Assembly: GCA_030601665.1 (NCBI GenBank)
Contig: JAUWBP010000002.1
Span: 1-32,666, forward strand
DNA: 32,666 nt
Direction: 5' to 3'
Source: Hadesarchaea archaeon
GTDB lineage: Archaea > Hadarchaeota > Hadarchaeia > Hadarchaeales > Hadarchaeaceae
Shown here: positions 1 through 8,236 of the stretch, piece by piece
Layout of the letters: each line of letters begins with the position of its first letter
Numbering within the stretch: the first letter of the stretch is position 1
Position numbers and translations under genes: made by a program
Notes under the pieces: model-generated
Seen by the model: only the letters and a program-made list of their open reading frames with translations
What the model was told of the DNA's origin: nothing
The model's database searches: none

Positions 1-1
1 C

Positions 2-235
2 CGAAGGCGGGAAGGCGGGAAAGAGTCGCGTCTGTCTGTGGAGAGCGAGACCGAAGAGATGATCTTCGAAAATGAGTGGTTGAGAATGAGACTCTCCTTC
101 GACTTTCGAATCAAAAGCATGAAATTGAAAAAGGATTTCCGGGGAGAGTTTTCCTTGGTCGGCCCAGCGGAGATGTACGTAATCCTCAAGGGGGTTACCG
201 CCTCCTTACCTTTCCTGCCTTTTGCCCGAAGCTAA
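2..235 (+). CDS. Possible 3' end of a gene entering from the left edge (unknown product)
   Basis: Frame 2 is open from the window edge to TAA at 233-235 (..EMIFENEWLRMRLSFDFRIKSMKLKK..). No diagnostic motif. Confidence 0.3.
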   Translation, partial: RRREGGKESRLSVESETEEMIFENEWLRMRLSFDFRIKSMKLKKDFRGEFSLVGPAEMYVILKGVTASLPFLPFARS

Positions 236-413
236 TATCTCTGTTGAGGCTACCAGCACCCATCAGAGGAAAACCAGTGCACGAAAAAACCAACTCCTCC
301 AATGTGCTTCATCTGCGACCTACGGAATCCGGCGTGACAGAAACGGCCTTCTACGAGGGGCCCGAGGCAGGCGAGTGTTCGCACGGTCAGGGAAACTTCC
401 ACGGCTATCTCGT

Positions 414-427
414 GAAAGTTTTTATTG
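414..427 (+). promoter_or_regulatory. Putative BRE/TATA promoter of the ssnA-like gene
   Basis: AAAGTTTTTATTG about 40 nt upstream of ATG 465; GGAG at 451-454 as an RBS. Confidence 0.5.
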
Positions 428-464
428 CAACTAGTAAATAATGTAAAATAGGAGTGCTAAAAAT

Positions 465-1793
465 ATGGCAAGTTTAGCGATAGAAAACGGGCTAATTGTA
501 ACTATGGATAAGGAACGGCGGATTCTCAAGCGAGGAAACGTAGCTATCGAGGATGGGAAGATCGTAAGTGTTGAAAAGGCAGGGGAAGCTAGGAGCAAGT
601 ACCGGGCCGAGGAGATCATAGACGCAACGGGAAAAATAGTAATGCCCGGCCTAATATGTGCCCATCATCACCTCTATTCTACCTTTGCAAGGGGCATGGC
701 CATTCCTGGCGAACCAGCGAAGAATTTCGTTGAAATATTGGAGAAGCTCTGGTGGAAATTGGATAACGCCCTGACCAAAGAAGATATCTATTACAGCTCC
801 TTGATCCCCCTAATCGAATGCGTAAGAAATGGGACTACCACAATTATTGACCACCACGAGAGCCAATCTTATCAGAAGGGAAGTTTGGAAGAAATTGCCA
901 GAGCAGTAGAGGAAGTTGGAATTCGTGGCTCCCTCTGCTTGGGAACCTCTGACCGCTACGGAAGGGGTAAAGAAGGGGTGGATGAAAATGAACGCTTTCT
1001 TTCTCTCCTCAGTTCTCGATCGTCCCAACTTCTGAAGGGGTTGGTTGGTCTGCATGCCACCTTTACAGTAAACGACGATACATTGGATAAGTCGGTTAAA
1101 CTGGCAAAAAAATACGGGGTTGGAATTCACGTTCACTGCGCTGAGGACAAGGCTGACGAAGATGAAAATTTGAAAAAATATAATATGAGAGTGGTTGAGA
1201 GATTGAATTCGCATGAAGCTCTGGGAGAGAAGTCCATCGCTGTTCACTGTGTTCACGTCGATGAAAAAGAGATGGATATTTTGAAATCCACGAGAACTAA
1301 CGTGGTTCACAACCCTGAATCAAATATGAACAATGCCGTGGGCTGTGCCGATGTCCTAGGAATGATGGGAAATGGAATCGAGGTTGGCCTGGGCACCGAT
1401 GGAATGAGTTCAGATATGCTCTCTCAAATGAGATGTTCCTATCTCATCCATCGCCACGTAAAAAAGGACCCTCGGGTTGCATTTTTGGAAGCACCTGCAA
1501 TGCTACTGGACAACAACCCTAAAATTGTGAAGAGGGTCGCTGGCTGGAGAGTGGGAGAAATTGCAAAGGGTGCCTTGGCAGACATCATTTTAATTGATTA
1601 CCTTCCCCCCACCATCTTAAATGAGAATAACTTCCTAGGCCATCTGATCTTCGGTTTGGTTGATGCAACCGTAGACACGACAATATGTAATGGAAAAATT
1701 TTGATGCGGGATAAGAAACTGGTAGACTTGGACGAGAAATCCATCACCAAAAAGACTTCTCAATTGGCTTCGGAACTTTGGAAACGTTTATAG
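465..1793 (+). CDS. ssnA: SsnA-family metal-dependent amidohydrolase (putative aminohydrolase)
   Basis: PGLICAHHHLYSTFARG, LWWKLD, GTTTIIDHH, GLHATFT, HVHCAE, VHNPESNMNNAVG and GLGTDG match SsnA-type amidohydrolases; all metal ligands are present. Confidence 0.85.
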   Translation: MASLAIENGLIVTMDKERRILKRGNVAIEDGKIVSVEKAGEARSKYRAEEIIDATGKIVMPGLICAHHHLYSTFARGMAIPGEPAKNFVEILEKLWWKLDNALTKEDIYYSSLIPLIECVRNGTTTIIDHHESQSYQKGSLEEIARAVEEVGIRGSLCLGTSDRYGRGKEGVDENERFLSLLSSRSSQLLKGLVGLHATFTVNDDTLDKSVKLAKKYGVGIHVHCAEDKADEDENLKKYNMRVVERLNSHEALGEKSIAVHCVHVDEKEMDILKSTRTNVVHNPESNMNNAVGCADVLGMMGNGIEVGLGTDGMSSDMLSQMRCSYLIHRHVKKDPRVAFLEAPAMLLDNNPKIVKRVAGWRVGEIAKGALADIILIDYLPPTILNENNFLGHLIFGLVDATVDTTICNGKILMRDKKLVDLDEKSITKKTSQLASELWKRL

Positions 1794-1797
1794 ATGT

Positions 1798-2886
1798 TTA
1801 GAACCGGATCGCCCTCGTCGGGCAAACAGAAACACACATCCCACATCCATAACACTTAACTGGGTCGACCCTTGCAATTCGTCTCACCACTTTAGCCGCT
1901 TCGTAAACGCAGTACTGCTCGCAGAGCCCGCAGCCCGTGCATCTAGACGCTATGATCTCCGGTGGTTTAGCGGTAGTACGAAAAGGCTGCTCTGGCAGGT
2001 GGCGGAGCGCAATCCCCTTGAAATCCGCAATTGAGTTGTAGCCTTTGGCGCGCATGAACTTGACCATTCTATCTGCTATGAGCCCGTAGATTTTGTACCC
2101 TCGAATTATCGCTGCGGTTGAGAGTTGCACCGCTGAGGCCCCAAGCATGATGAATTCAATGGCATCGCGTTCATTACTGATTCCACCCACCCCGATGACC
2201 GGTATCTTCACCGCACGGCAAATGTCGGCCACACACCGCATCGCGAGCGGCTTGATGGCTGGGCCCGAAAGCCAACCGTAGCCGGAAACGCTTCCGAGCA
2301 TTGGCATCGTGTTTTCTATGTCAATTGCCAAGCCCGGCCCCAGCGCGTTTGTCGCCACTATTCCATCCGCCCCTGCCCCTTCCACCGCTCGCGCGAACTG
2401 GGCCACGTCGAATGCGCCCGGGCTGAGCTTCACGAACACTGGGATATCGACGACCTCTTTCGCCGCCTTCGTGGCTTCAGTCACTAGTTCCAAGTCCCTT
2501 CCGAGGTGTTGTGTCGATAGTTCAAGGGCATCCACTCCAGCCGCTTTTACCTTCGGGGCAACAGCTCGGATTTCATCGGCTTTGTAGCCCACGCTCGCTA
2601 TCAACGGCAGCCCCTTCTTTTTCGCCTTCGCATACTCGGAGCGGAGCCATTGCTCGAGTGGCAAATCGCTCCAGAGCTCAGCGTTCAGGATGCTATCTTT
2701 GACTTTCACCATGTTAGGGCGAGGCACATGGGCTGGGGAAACGCTCACCGTCTTCGCGACCAACCCGCCGGCGCCTCCATCAGCAGCTTTTACTAATGCA
2801 TCGCCATCGCGCACCGTCGGGCCAGCTGCAGGCAGAATGGGGTTGCGGAATTTTAAACCACATATTTCCACGGATAGGCTGACCAC
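1798..2886 (-). CDS. Dihydroorotate/dihydropyrimidine dehydrogenase-fold FMN oxidoreductase with C-terminal 2x[4Fe-4S] domain (PreA/YgfK-like)
   Basis: FRNPILPAAGP, AKTVS, VFVKLSP, GWLSGPAIKP, IGVGGI, GASAVQ; C-terminal CTGCGLCEQYC and CYGCGMCVSVCP. Confidence 0.85.
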   Translation of the reverse strand: MVSLSVEICGLKFRNPILPAAGPTVRDGDALVKAADGGAGGLVAKTVSVSPAHVPRPNMVKVKDSILNAELWSDLPLEQWLRSEYAKAKKKGLPLIASVGYKADEIRAVAPKVKAAGVDALELSTQHLGRDLELVTEATKAAKEVVDIPVFVKLSPGAFDVAQFARAVEGAGADGIVATNALGPGLAIDIENTMPMLGSVSGYGWLSGPAIKPLAMRCVADICRAVKIPVIGVGGISNERDAIEFIMLGASAVQLSTAAIIRGYKIYGLIADRMVKFMRAKGYNSIADFKGIALRHLPEQPFRTTAKPPEIIASRCTGCGLCEQYCVYEAAKVVRRIARVDPVKCYGCGMCVSVCPTRAIRF

Positions 2887-2890
2887 TCTA

Positions 2891-4240
2891 TCATCTCCGC
2901 CCTATCGCCCCAAGCTTCTGCCAGAGCTTCTCCGCCGATTTCCGCGACACCTTCACCGTCTCCGCTTCGTCGAGAGTCTGCATCTTTCGCTCGCGCATCA
3001 AGATTTTGCCACCGACGATGACCGTTTCGACATCATCGCCATCAATGGTGTTAACGATGTGTCCGACGACGCTCTCGGGACGCACGGGTGTAGGTGCGGT
3101 GGCTGGATTTATGATGATGATATCAGCTAGCTTCCCGGACTCAATCGAACCCAGCTCATTCCCCAACCCGTAGAGTTCCGCTCCACGGATCGTTGCCATC
3201 TCGAGTGCCTCCATGGATGAAATCACGCGGGGATCGCGGAGGGAAACCTTGTGCAACAGGAAGGCGGCACGGAGGTTCTCGAATCCGTCGAAAATATAAC
3301 CATCATTACCTAATCCCACAGGTATTCCCATCGAGAGCATTTTTACCACTGGTGCAACTCCGACCGCATTTAGCATGTTACTCAAGGGGTTGTGGGCCAC
3401 TTTTGCTCCGGTCTTTTTGAGGATTGCCAGCTCATCACCGTTGATTTGCACGCAATGAGCAAGCACGACATCTTGCGCGAGTAATCCTTCATCGTTCAGC
3501 CGTTCGATTGTGCGTTTGCCGAACTGCTCTAAACTGTGATAGAGGTCCACCAGCCCCTCGCAGGTGTGGATGGTTATGGGCACCTTGTAGCGACTCGCGA
3601 GCTCTCTGACATGGTGGAAAAGCTCGTCGGAACCCGTGAAAGAAGAGTGGATGCTGAACATCCCCTGCACCCGGCGCATGCGCTCCTTCTTGACCTTCCG
3701 GATGAATCGTTCATTCTCCTTCGTGCCCTTCGCCCCCTCAGCGTGGGTGTGACGCTCGGTTGCCTCAAACGCTATGATGCCCCGCATCCCCGATTGCTCG
3801 ACCGCGGCAGCGATCCGATCAAGCACGCCGGTTACGGCGTTCGGACCCGAGAAGGTGTCAGCAAACATGGTTGTACCAGTTTTGATGAACTCGAGGCAGG
3901 AGATAAGGGCACTCGCATACGCGTCCTCGCGAGTTATTGCCTCGTCCATTGGCCACCAGATACGCTGCAGAATCTGCGAGAAATCGGTAGGGGGCTCAAT
4001 CTTCAAAGGGGCGCCGCGCAAGAGTATGCCGTAGAGATGGGTGTGCGAGCAAATCAGGCCGGGCATGACTATTTTGCCGCGAGCGTCAATGACTTCTTCA
4101 GGCTTGCTTCTGGTTTTTGCTTCGCCGCGCTTGACCGAAACAATGCGGCCGTCCTCGACAGCAATCGAGCCATTAGCGATGATTCGACGATCCTTATCCA
4201 TCGTGAAAATCAAACCGTTTTTAATCAACAGGTCAACCAT
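2891..4240 (-). CDS. Second SsnA/MtaD-like amidohydrolase (nucleobase deaminase superfamily)
   Basis: PGLICSHTHLY, IHTCEG, LAHCV, AHNPLSNMLNAVG, GLGNDG, GKLADII. Start moved to ATG 4240 (MVDLLIKNG) by alignment with the paralog at 465. Confidence 0.88.
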   Translation of the reverse strand: MVDLLIKNGLIFTMDKDRRIIANGSIAVEDGRIVSVKRGEAKTRSKPEEVIDARGKIVMPGLICSHTHLYGILLRGAPLKIEPPTDFSQILQRIWWPMDEAITREDAYASALISCLEFIKTGTTMFADTFSGPNAVTGVLDRIAAAVEQSGMRGIIAFEATERHTHAEGAKGTKENERFIRKVKKERMRRVQGMFSIHSSFTGSDELFHHVRELASRYKVPITIHTCEGLVDLYHSLEQFGKRTIERLNDEGLLAQDVVLAHCVQINGDELAILKKTGAKVAHNPLSNMLNAVGVAPVVKMLSMGIPVGLGNDGYIFDGFENLRAAFLLHKVSLRDPRVISSMEALEMATIRGAELYGLGNELGSIESGKLADIIIINPATAPTPVRPESVVGHIVNTIDGDDVETVIVGGKILMRERKMQTLDEAETVKVSRKSAEKLWQKLGAIGRR

Positions 4241-4342
4241 CCAATCCCTAACAACAAAAACACCAGCACACATTTAAGCTTTCGGTGAAATGGCGAATCA
4301 AAGGTGAACCGCTCCCAAAAAGAAAAAGGTTGCCCGTGGCGG

Positions 4343-4378
4343 TTTATTTAAACCCCGTAAATTACTTGAGTATGGTGA
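4343..4378 (+). promoter_or_regulatory. TATA box and RBS of the histone-amidohydrolase unit
   Basis: TTTATTTAAA at 4343-4352; GGTGA at 4374-4378, 7 nt before ATG 4386. Confidence 0.55.
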
Positions 4379-4385
4379 TTTAGAT

Positions 4386-4598
4386 ATGCCAGAATTTTCA
4401 GCTTCCATAATGAATCAACTCATCCGAAAAGCGGGCGAAGTCCGCGTGTCGCGTAGCGCCGCCCTCGAGCTCAGCGCAGTCCTCGAGGAATATGCGATTG
4501 AGCTGTCAAAGGAGGCGATAAAGCTAACTAAACATCGCAGCGCGAAAACCGTAAACGAGAGTGATATTCGGGCAGCTGCATCAAGAATACGCGCATAA
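4386..4598 (+). CDS. Archaeal histone (HMf family, divergent variant)
   Basis: 70 aa; LIRKAGEVRVS..LEEYAIELSKEAIKLTKH..KTVNESDI aligns without gaps to the HMfA/B histone fold. Confidence 0.9.
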   Translation: MPEFSASIMNQLIRKAGEVRVSRSAALELSAVLEEYAIELSKEAIKLTKHRSAKTVNESDIRAAASRIRA

Positions 4599-4621
4599 CT
4601 TTGCCTTGACTAGGTGATGTT

Positions 4622-5956
4622 TTGGTCGATTTAGTTATTCGAAATGCGCGCTTAACCTTGCCCGAGGGAATCATCCGCGGAGAACTCGCGGTCGATAAAG
4701 GACGCATTTCTGAAATCGCTACGAGTGGGCTGCCCAAAGCCGATCTAGAAATCGATGCGAAAGAGAAAATTGTGATGCCTGGAGTTATCGACACCCACGT
4801 CCATTTCTATGATAGCCATTACCTCCCCCGAGAGGACTTTCAAAACGGTAGTGCCGCAGCCGCAGCGGGAGGCGTCACCAGCGTGATCATGATGCCCCTC
4901 GATACTCCGATGCTGACGCCAAGAACGATAAAAACTATCATCAAGCTCGGGCAGAATGAGAGCCTCATAGATTTCGCCCTCCACGCGGGAAACATGACCG
5001 CAGAGTCTATCAAAAATATTCCCAATATCGCCTCGCTCGGCATTAAATCATTCAAAGCGTTCACGTGTGCCCCCTATGGCATCAAAGACCGGATGTTGGA
5101 AGAGCTGATGACCGCGATAAAAAATGTTGACGGTACAATATTTGTCCATGCGGAGGACGACAAAGTTCTACAGAAACAAACCAAGCGGCTCCTTAAGGAA
5201 GGGCGGAAGGATCCATTAGCTCATACGGAATCACGCCCGAATGAAGCCGAAGAAAAAGCCGTTGCAAAAGTGATCAAGCTCACCCAAAGGACTGGCTGTA
5301 AATTGCATCTAGCCCACATCACGACACGTCAGGGTGCTGAGCTCGTCAAAAAGGCGAAGGTCAAGCGAGTGCCGCTAACTGCTGAAACATCTCCGCACTA
5401 CTTGTTTTTCACACAAAAAGACATGAAAAGGCTGGGGCCGTACCTGAAGGTGAACCCAGCGTTGAAGACGAGCGAGGATTGTACGGCGCTCTGGAAAGCA
5501 TTGTCCAAAGGAGTGATTGACATCGTCGCGACCGACCACGCTCCCGGCACTAAAGAGGAGAAGGAAATCGGGTGGAAAAATATCTGGACGGCGCAAATTG
5601 GGATACCTGGGGTAGAAACCCTGCTACCGCTCATGCTCGGCGAAGGCGTCGCAAAGGGCAGGCTGACGTTCGAGAGGCTGGTCGATGCCCTCTGCACCAA
5701 ACCCGCGCAGACCTTCGGCCTTTACCCGCGCAAAGGGGTCATCCGCGAGGGCTCTGACGCCGACCTCGTGCTCGTGGACCTCAAAAAAGAAGTAACGATA
5801 ACAGCTGAGAGATTGCACTACAAGGTTGGATGGACCCCCTACGAGGGAGTGGGAGTTAAAGGGGTGCCGGTGACGACAATCTCACGGGGCATTATAGTGG
5901 CTGAAGATGGGGATGTAGTCGGAAAACCAGGGCATGGACAGTTCCTGAGTAGATAG
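4622..5956 (+). CDS. Cyclic amidohydrolase (allantoinase/dihydropyrimidinase/dihydroorotase family)
   Basis: PGVIDTHVH, AAAAGGVT, FKAF (carbamylated Lys), VHAED, HLAHIT, ATDHAP, GSDADLV, GWTPYEG; TTG start preceded by GGTGA. Confidence 0.88.
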   Translation: MVDLVIRNARLTLPEGIIRGELAVDKGRISEIATSGLPKADLEIDAKEKIVMPGVIDTHVHFYDSHYLPREDFQNGSAAAAAGGVTSVIMMPLDTPMLTPRTIKTIIKLGQNESLIDFALHAGNMTAESIKNIPNIASLGIKSFKAFTCAPYGIKDRMLEELMTAIKNVDGTIFVHAEDDKVLQKQTKRLLKEGRKDPLAHTESRPNEAEEKAVAKVIKLTQRTGCKLHLAHITTRQGAELVKKAKVKRVPLTAETSPHYLFFTQKDMKRLGPYLKVNPALKTSEDCTALWKALSKGVIDIVATDHAPGTKEEKEIGWKNIWTAQIGIPGVETLLPLMLGEGVAKGRLTFERLVDALCTKPAQTFGLYPRKGVIREGSDADLVLVDLKKEVTITAERLHYKVGWTPYEGVGVKGVPVTTISRGIIVAEDGDVVGKPGHGQFLSR

Positions 5957-5970
5957 ATTCAAGCAAAATA

Positions 5971-7305
5971 TCAAACGCCTTTTTCAACCCTCGTGCGAGT
6001 TTTCCAGTAAGAGCGAAGCGCATCCAACGCTAGAACAGCTTTCTCTGGAGAGTCGTAAACGGGGATGTTTTTGCCCTTCACCGCCTCCCGCACCAGAACG
6101 CCAGCCCCCACTGCCATTGTCACGCTGACGACCGGCTTATCCTTAGACTTTTCCGCCACCTCCGCTATTGCTTGAACATCTTCGGGCTCGAGGAAACTCA
6201 ACTTGAGCTCGTTCATCACCACTACACCATCCACACCATGATCCGAAAGCACCTGTTCGAGGACGAACTTGTACCGATCGGCCTTCGCGCCGATGCCCAG
6301 GTCCACCCATTCCACAATGTTGATATCTTGATATTTCCTGGTGATCTTCTTCGTGACCTTATCAGAGAGCTTCGCCAACGCAAACTCCTTGCGGGAAAGG
6401 GCATCCGCAACCAAAGTCGCTGCTCCATCGGCATTGGTAACCACTGCCACCCGATCGCCCGGCATGGGGGGCTGTTTTGCCAATGCATCCGCAACTCCCA
6501 GGAGCTCCTCGACAATGTCAACCCGAATAGCTCCGACCTGTTTGAGATAAGCGGCGAATATTTTATCTCGCTCATCCTGCGCTGTGCCTCCCTTCATTAC
6601 GACGACAGGCTTCTTTTTCACCGCTTCACGAATCAACCCGAGAAACCTCCGCCCATCGCGAACGCTCTGCAAATAAATGCAAATTACTTTCGTTTCCTCG
6701 TCGTGCATTAAAAATTCGAGCAGGTCCGCCTCAGTGACATCGACACTGTCGCCAGTCGATGCAAACTTGCCCACACCCACACCGTGAAAACGGGCCCAAT
6801 CGAGTATCGCCATGCCAACTGCGCTATCCTGCGAGATCACTGCGATGCCTCCGCGTGAGGGCATGAAACCGCGCTCGAGTGTCGCGCACAGACCCTTCGA
6901 TGTGTTGATTACCCCCGCCGTCGCGTTCGGGCCGAGAATGCAGACCTTTCGCTTAGCGACCCCGCGCGCCAGTTCCTCACGCTGCTGTTGGTCAAAACCC
7001 CCGGCGACTAAAACAATCGCCTTCATTACAAGATTAAGTAAATTTCGCCAATTCTTCATGACGAGCTTTGAAGGGAGCACCACTACGGCGAGATCGCGTC
7101 CCTTTGGCACCTGATTCAAATTTTTGATGGCGCCCTCAAGTTTCCCGCTCAGGTCCACAACGTAGGTCTTGCCCTCGAAGCGATGCATATTGTGAACGAG
7201 CGAGTGAAAGAACGCTGGCGAAACTATACCTTCTCTAATCCCATCGGAGGCACCTACGAGCACGACTGACTTGGGCTCGAAAATCGCCTTAACTTCGTTA
7301 GACAT
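5971..7305 (-). CDS. acdA: Acetate--CoA ligase (ADP-forming) alpha-subunit homolog, degenerate active site
   Basis: IFEPKSVVLVGAS, DLAVVVLP, ILGPN, IAVISQ, KPVVVMKGG, RVAVVTN, IPVYDSPEKAV. The SHTG phospho-His motif is absent. ATG overlaps the acdB stop (TAATG). Confidence 0.8.
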   Translation of the reverse strand: MSNEVKAIFEPKSVVLVGASDGIREGIVSPAFFHSLVHNMHRFEGKTYVVDLSGKLEGAIKNLNQVPKGRDLAVVVLPSKLVMKNWRNLLNLVMKAIVLVAGGFDQQQREELARGVAKRKVCILGPNATAGVINTSKGLCATLERGFMPSRGGIAVISQDSAVGMAILDWARFHGVGVGKFASTGDSVDVTEADLLEFLMHDEETKVICIYLQSVRDGRRFLGLIREAVKKKPVVVMKGGTAQDERDKIFAAYLKQVGAIRVDIVEELLGVADALAKQPPMPGDRVAVVTNADGAATLVADALSRKEFALAKLSDKVTKKITRKYQDINIVEWVDLGIGAKADRYKFVLEQVLSDHGVDGVVVMNELKLSFLEPEDVQAIAEVAEKSKDKPVVSVTMAVGAGVLVREAVKGKNIPVYDSPEKAVLALDALRSYWKTRTRVEKGV

Positions 7306-8033
7306 TACTTGCTCTCCACAAGGATTATCCGGGCATCGGCTACCATTGCGCCCTTTCCGTCATCGAATGTAAAAATCGGGTTCAAATCCATCTCAGCTAT
7401 CTCGGAAAACTCATGTGCGAGCTGCCCGACCTTTTGAATGATGTCGACGAGCGCACCGACATCGGCCGGAGGCGTCCCCCGGATGCCCGCTAGGACCGGG
7501 TAGCCCTTGATCTCTTGAATCATTTCGCGCGCGTCCTCAGCACTGAGCGGGGCCAGCCTGAAACTGATGTCATCAAGCACCTCGACCCACACGCCGCCCA
7601 GTCCGAACATCACCGTGGCGCCGAAAGAGGGGTCCTGAAGAGCACCCACGATTACCTCGCGGGCGGGGGGGAGGTACTCCTGAATTGTCACCCCTAGGAT
7701 TTTTGCGTCTGGCTTGTATGCACGAGCGTTATCGATCAAATCGCCAAACGATTGTCTAATCTCCAGCTCCGAGCTCAACCCCACCCTGACGCCCTTCGCC
7801 TCGCTCTTATGGATGATGTCAGGGGAAGCAATTTTCAGAACGATAGGATAACGAACTTCTCGTGCAAATTTAACCGCTTCACTTATGTCGCGGGCTAGCT
7901 CCGTCCGGTTAACCGGCACCCCCCATGCAGCGAGAACCCGCTTAGACTCTAATTCCATCAGCTCACGTCTGCCCTCCTTGCGGGTTGAATTGAGGATTTC
8001 AGCCACTTTTCCCTTCTCTGCAGCCAAGCCCAT
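7305..8033 (-). CDS. acdB: Acetate--CoA ligase (ADP-forming) beta subunit, ATP-grasp
   Basis: YPIVLKIASPDIIHKSE, DPSFGATVMFGLGGVWVEVLDD, EMDLNP, DARI. Start is ATG 8033 or TTG 8027 (after GGTGA). Confidence 0.9.
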   Translation of the reverse strand: MGLAAEKGKVAEILNSTRKEGRRELMELESKRVLAAWGVPVNRTELARDISEAVKFAREVRYPIVLKIASPDIIHKSEAKGVRVGLSSELEIRQSFGDLIDNARAYKPDAKILGVTIQEYLPPAREVIVGALQDPSFGATVMFGLGGVWVEVLDDISFRLAPLSAEDAREMIQEIKGYPVLAGIRGTPPADVGALVDIIQKVGQLAHEFSEIAEMDLNPIFTFDDGKGAMVADARIILVESK

Positions 8034-8236
8034 CACCCAAGAACAAGCTAAATTGTGGCAAGTGCTATAAAGATTTTCCCTCAAATTACCAAAATCTGGG
8101 TATTTTTAACTCTTTTGACAGAAATAGCCATATATCCTTGCTTAAATAGTGAAATCAGGGAATATAGTTTTAAAAACTAAAAATAAAGGGCATATTAAGG
8201 GACTAAGGATTAGCTCAGAAGTAGAGAGCAGGGAAT

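Noticed and set aside
244-410. RNase P RNA, SECIS or group II intron-like words (GAGGAAA, ACAGAAACG, GGGAAAC)
   Set aside because: No P4-closing 3' conserved region, no terminal helix and no domain V hairpin; no in-frame UGA in the nearby genes.
76-441. 121-aa and 70-aa ORFs upstream of ssnA
   Set aside because: They overlap each other and the ssnA promoter, and have no recognisable motifs.
3536-4288. 250-aa plus-strand ORF
   Set aside because: Antisense shadow of the amidohydrolase.
1798-5956. Reading the locus as pyrD + pyrC pyrimidine biosynthesis
   Set aside because: The PyrD catalytic Cys and the PyrC Arg/Asn/His substrate ligands are missing, and there is no pyrB/E/F/K nearby.
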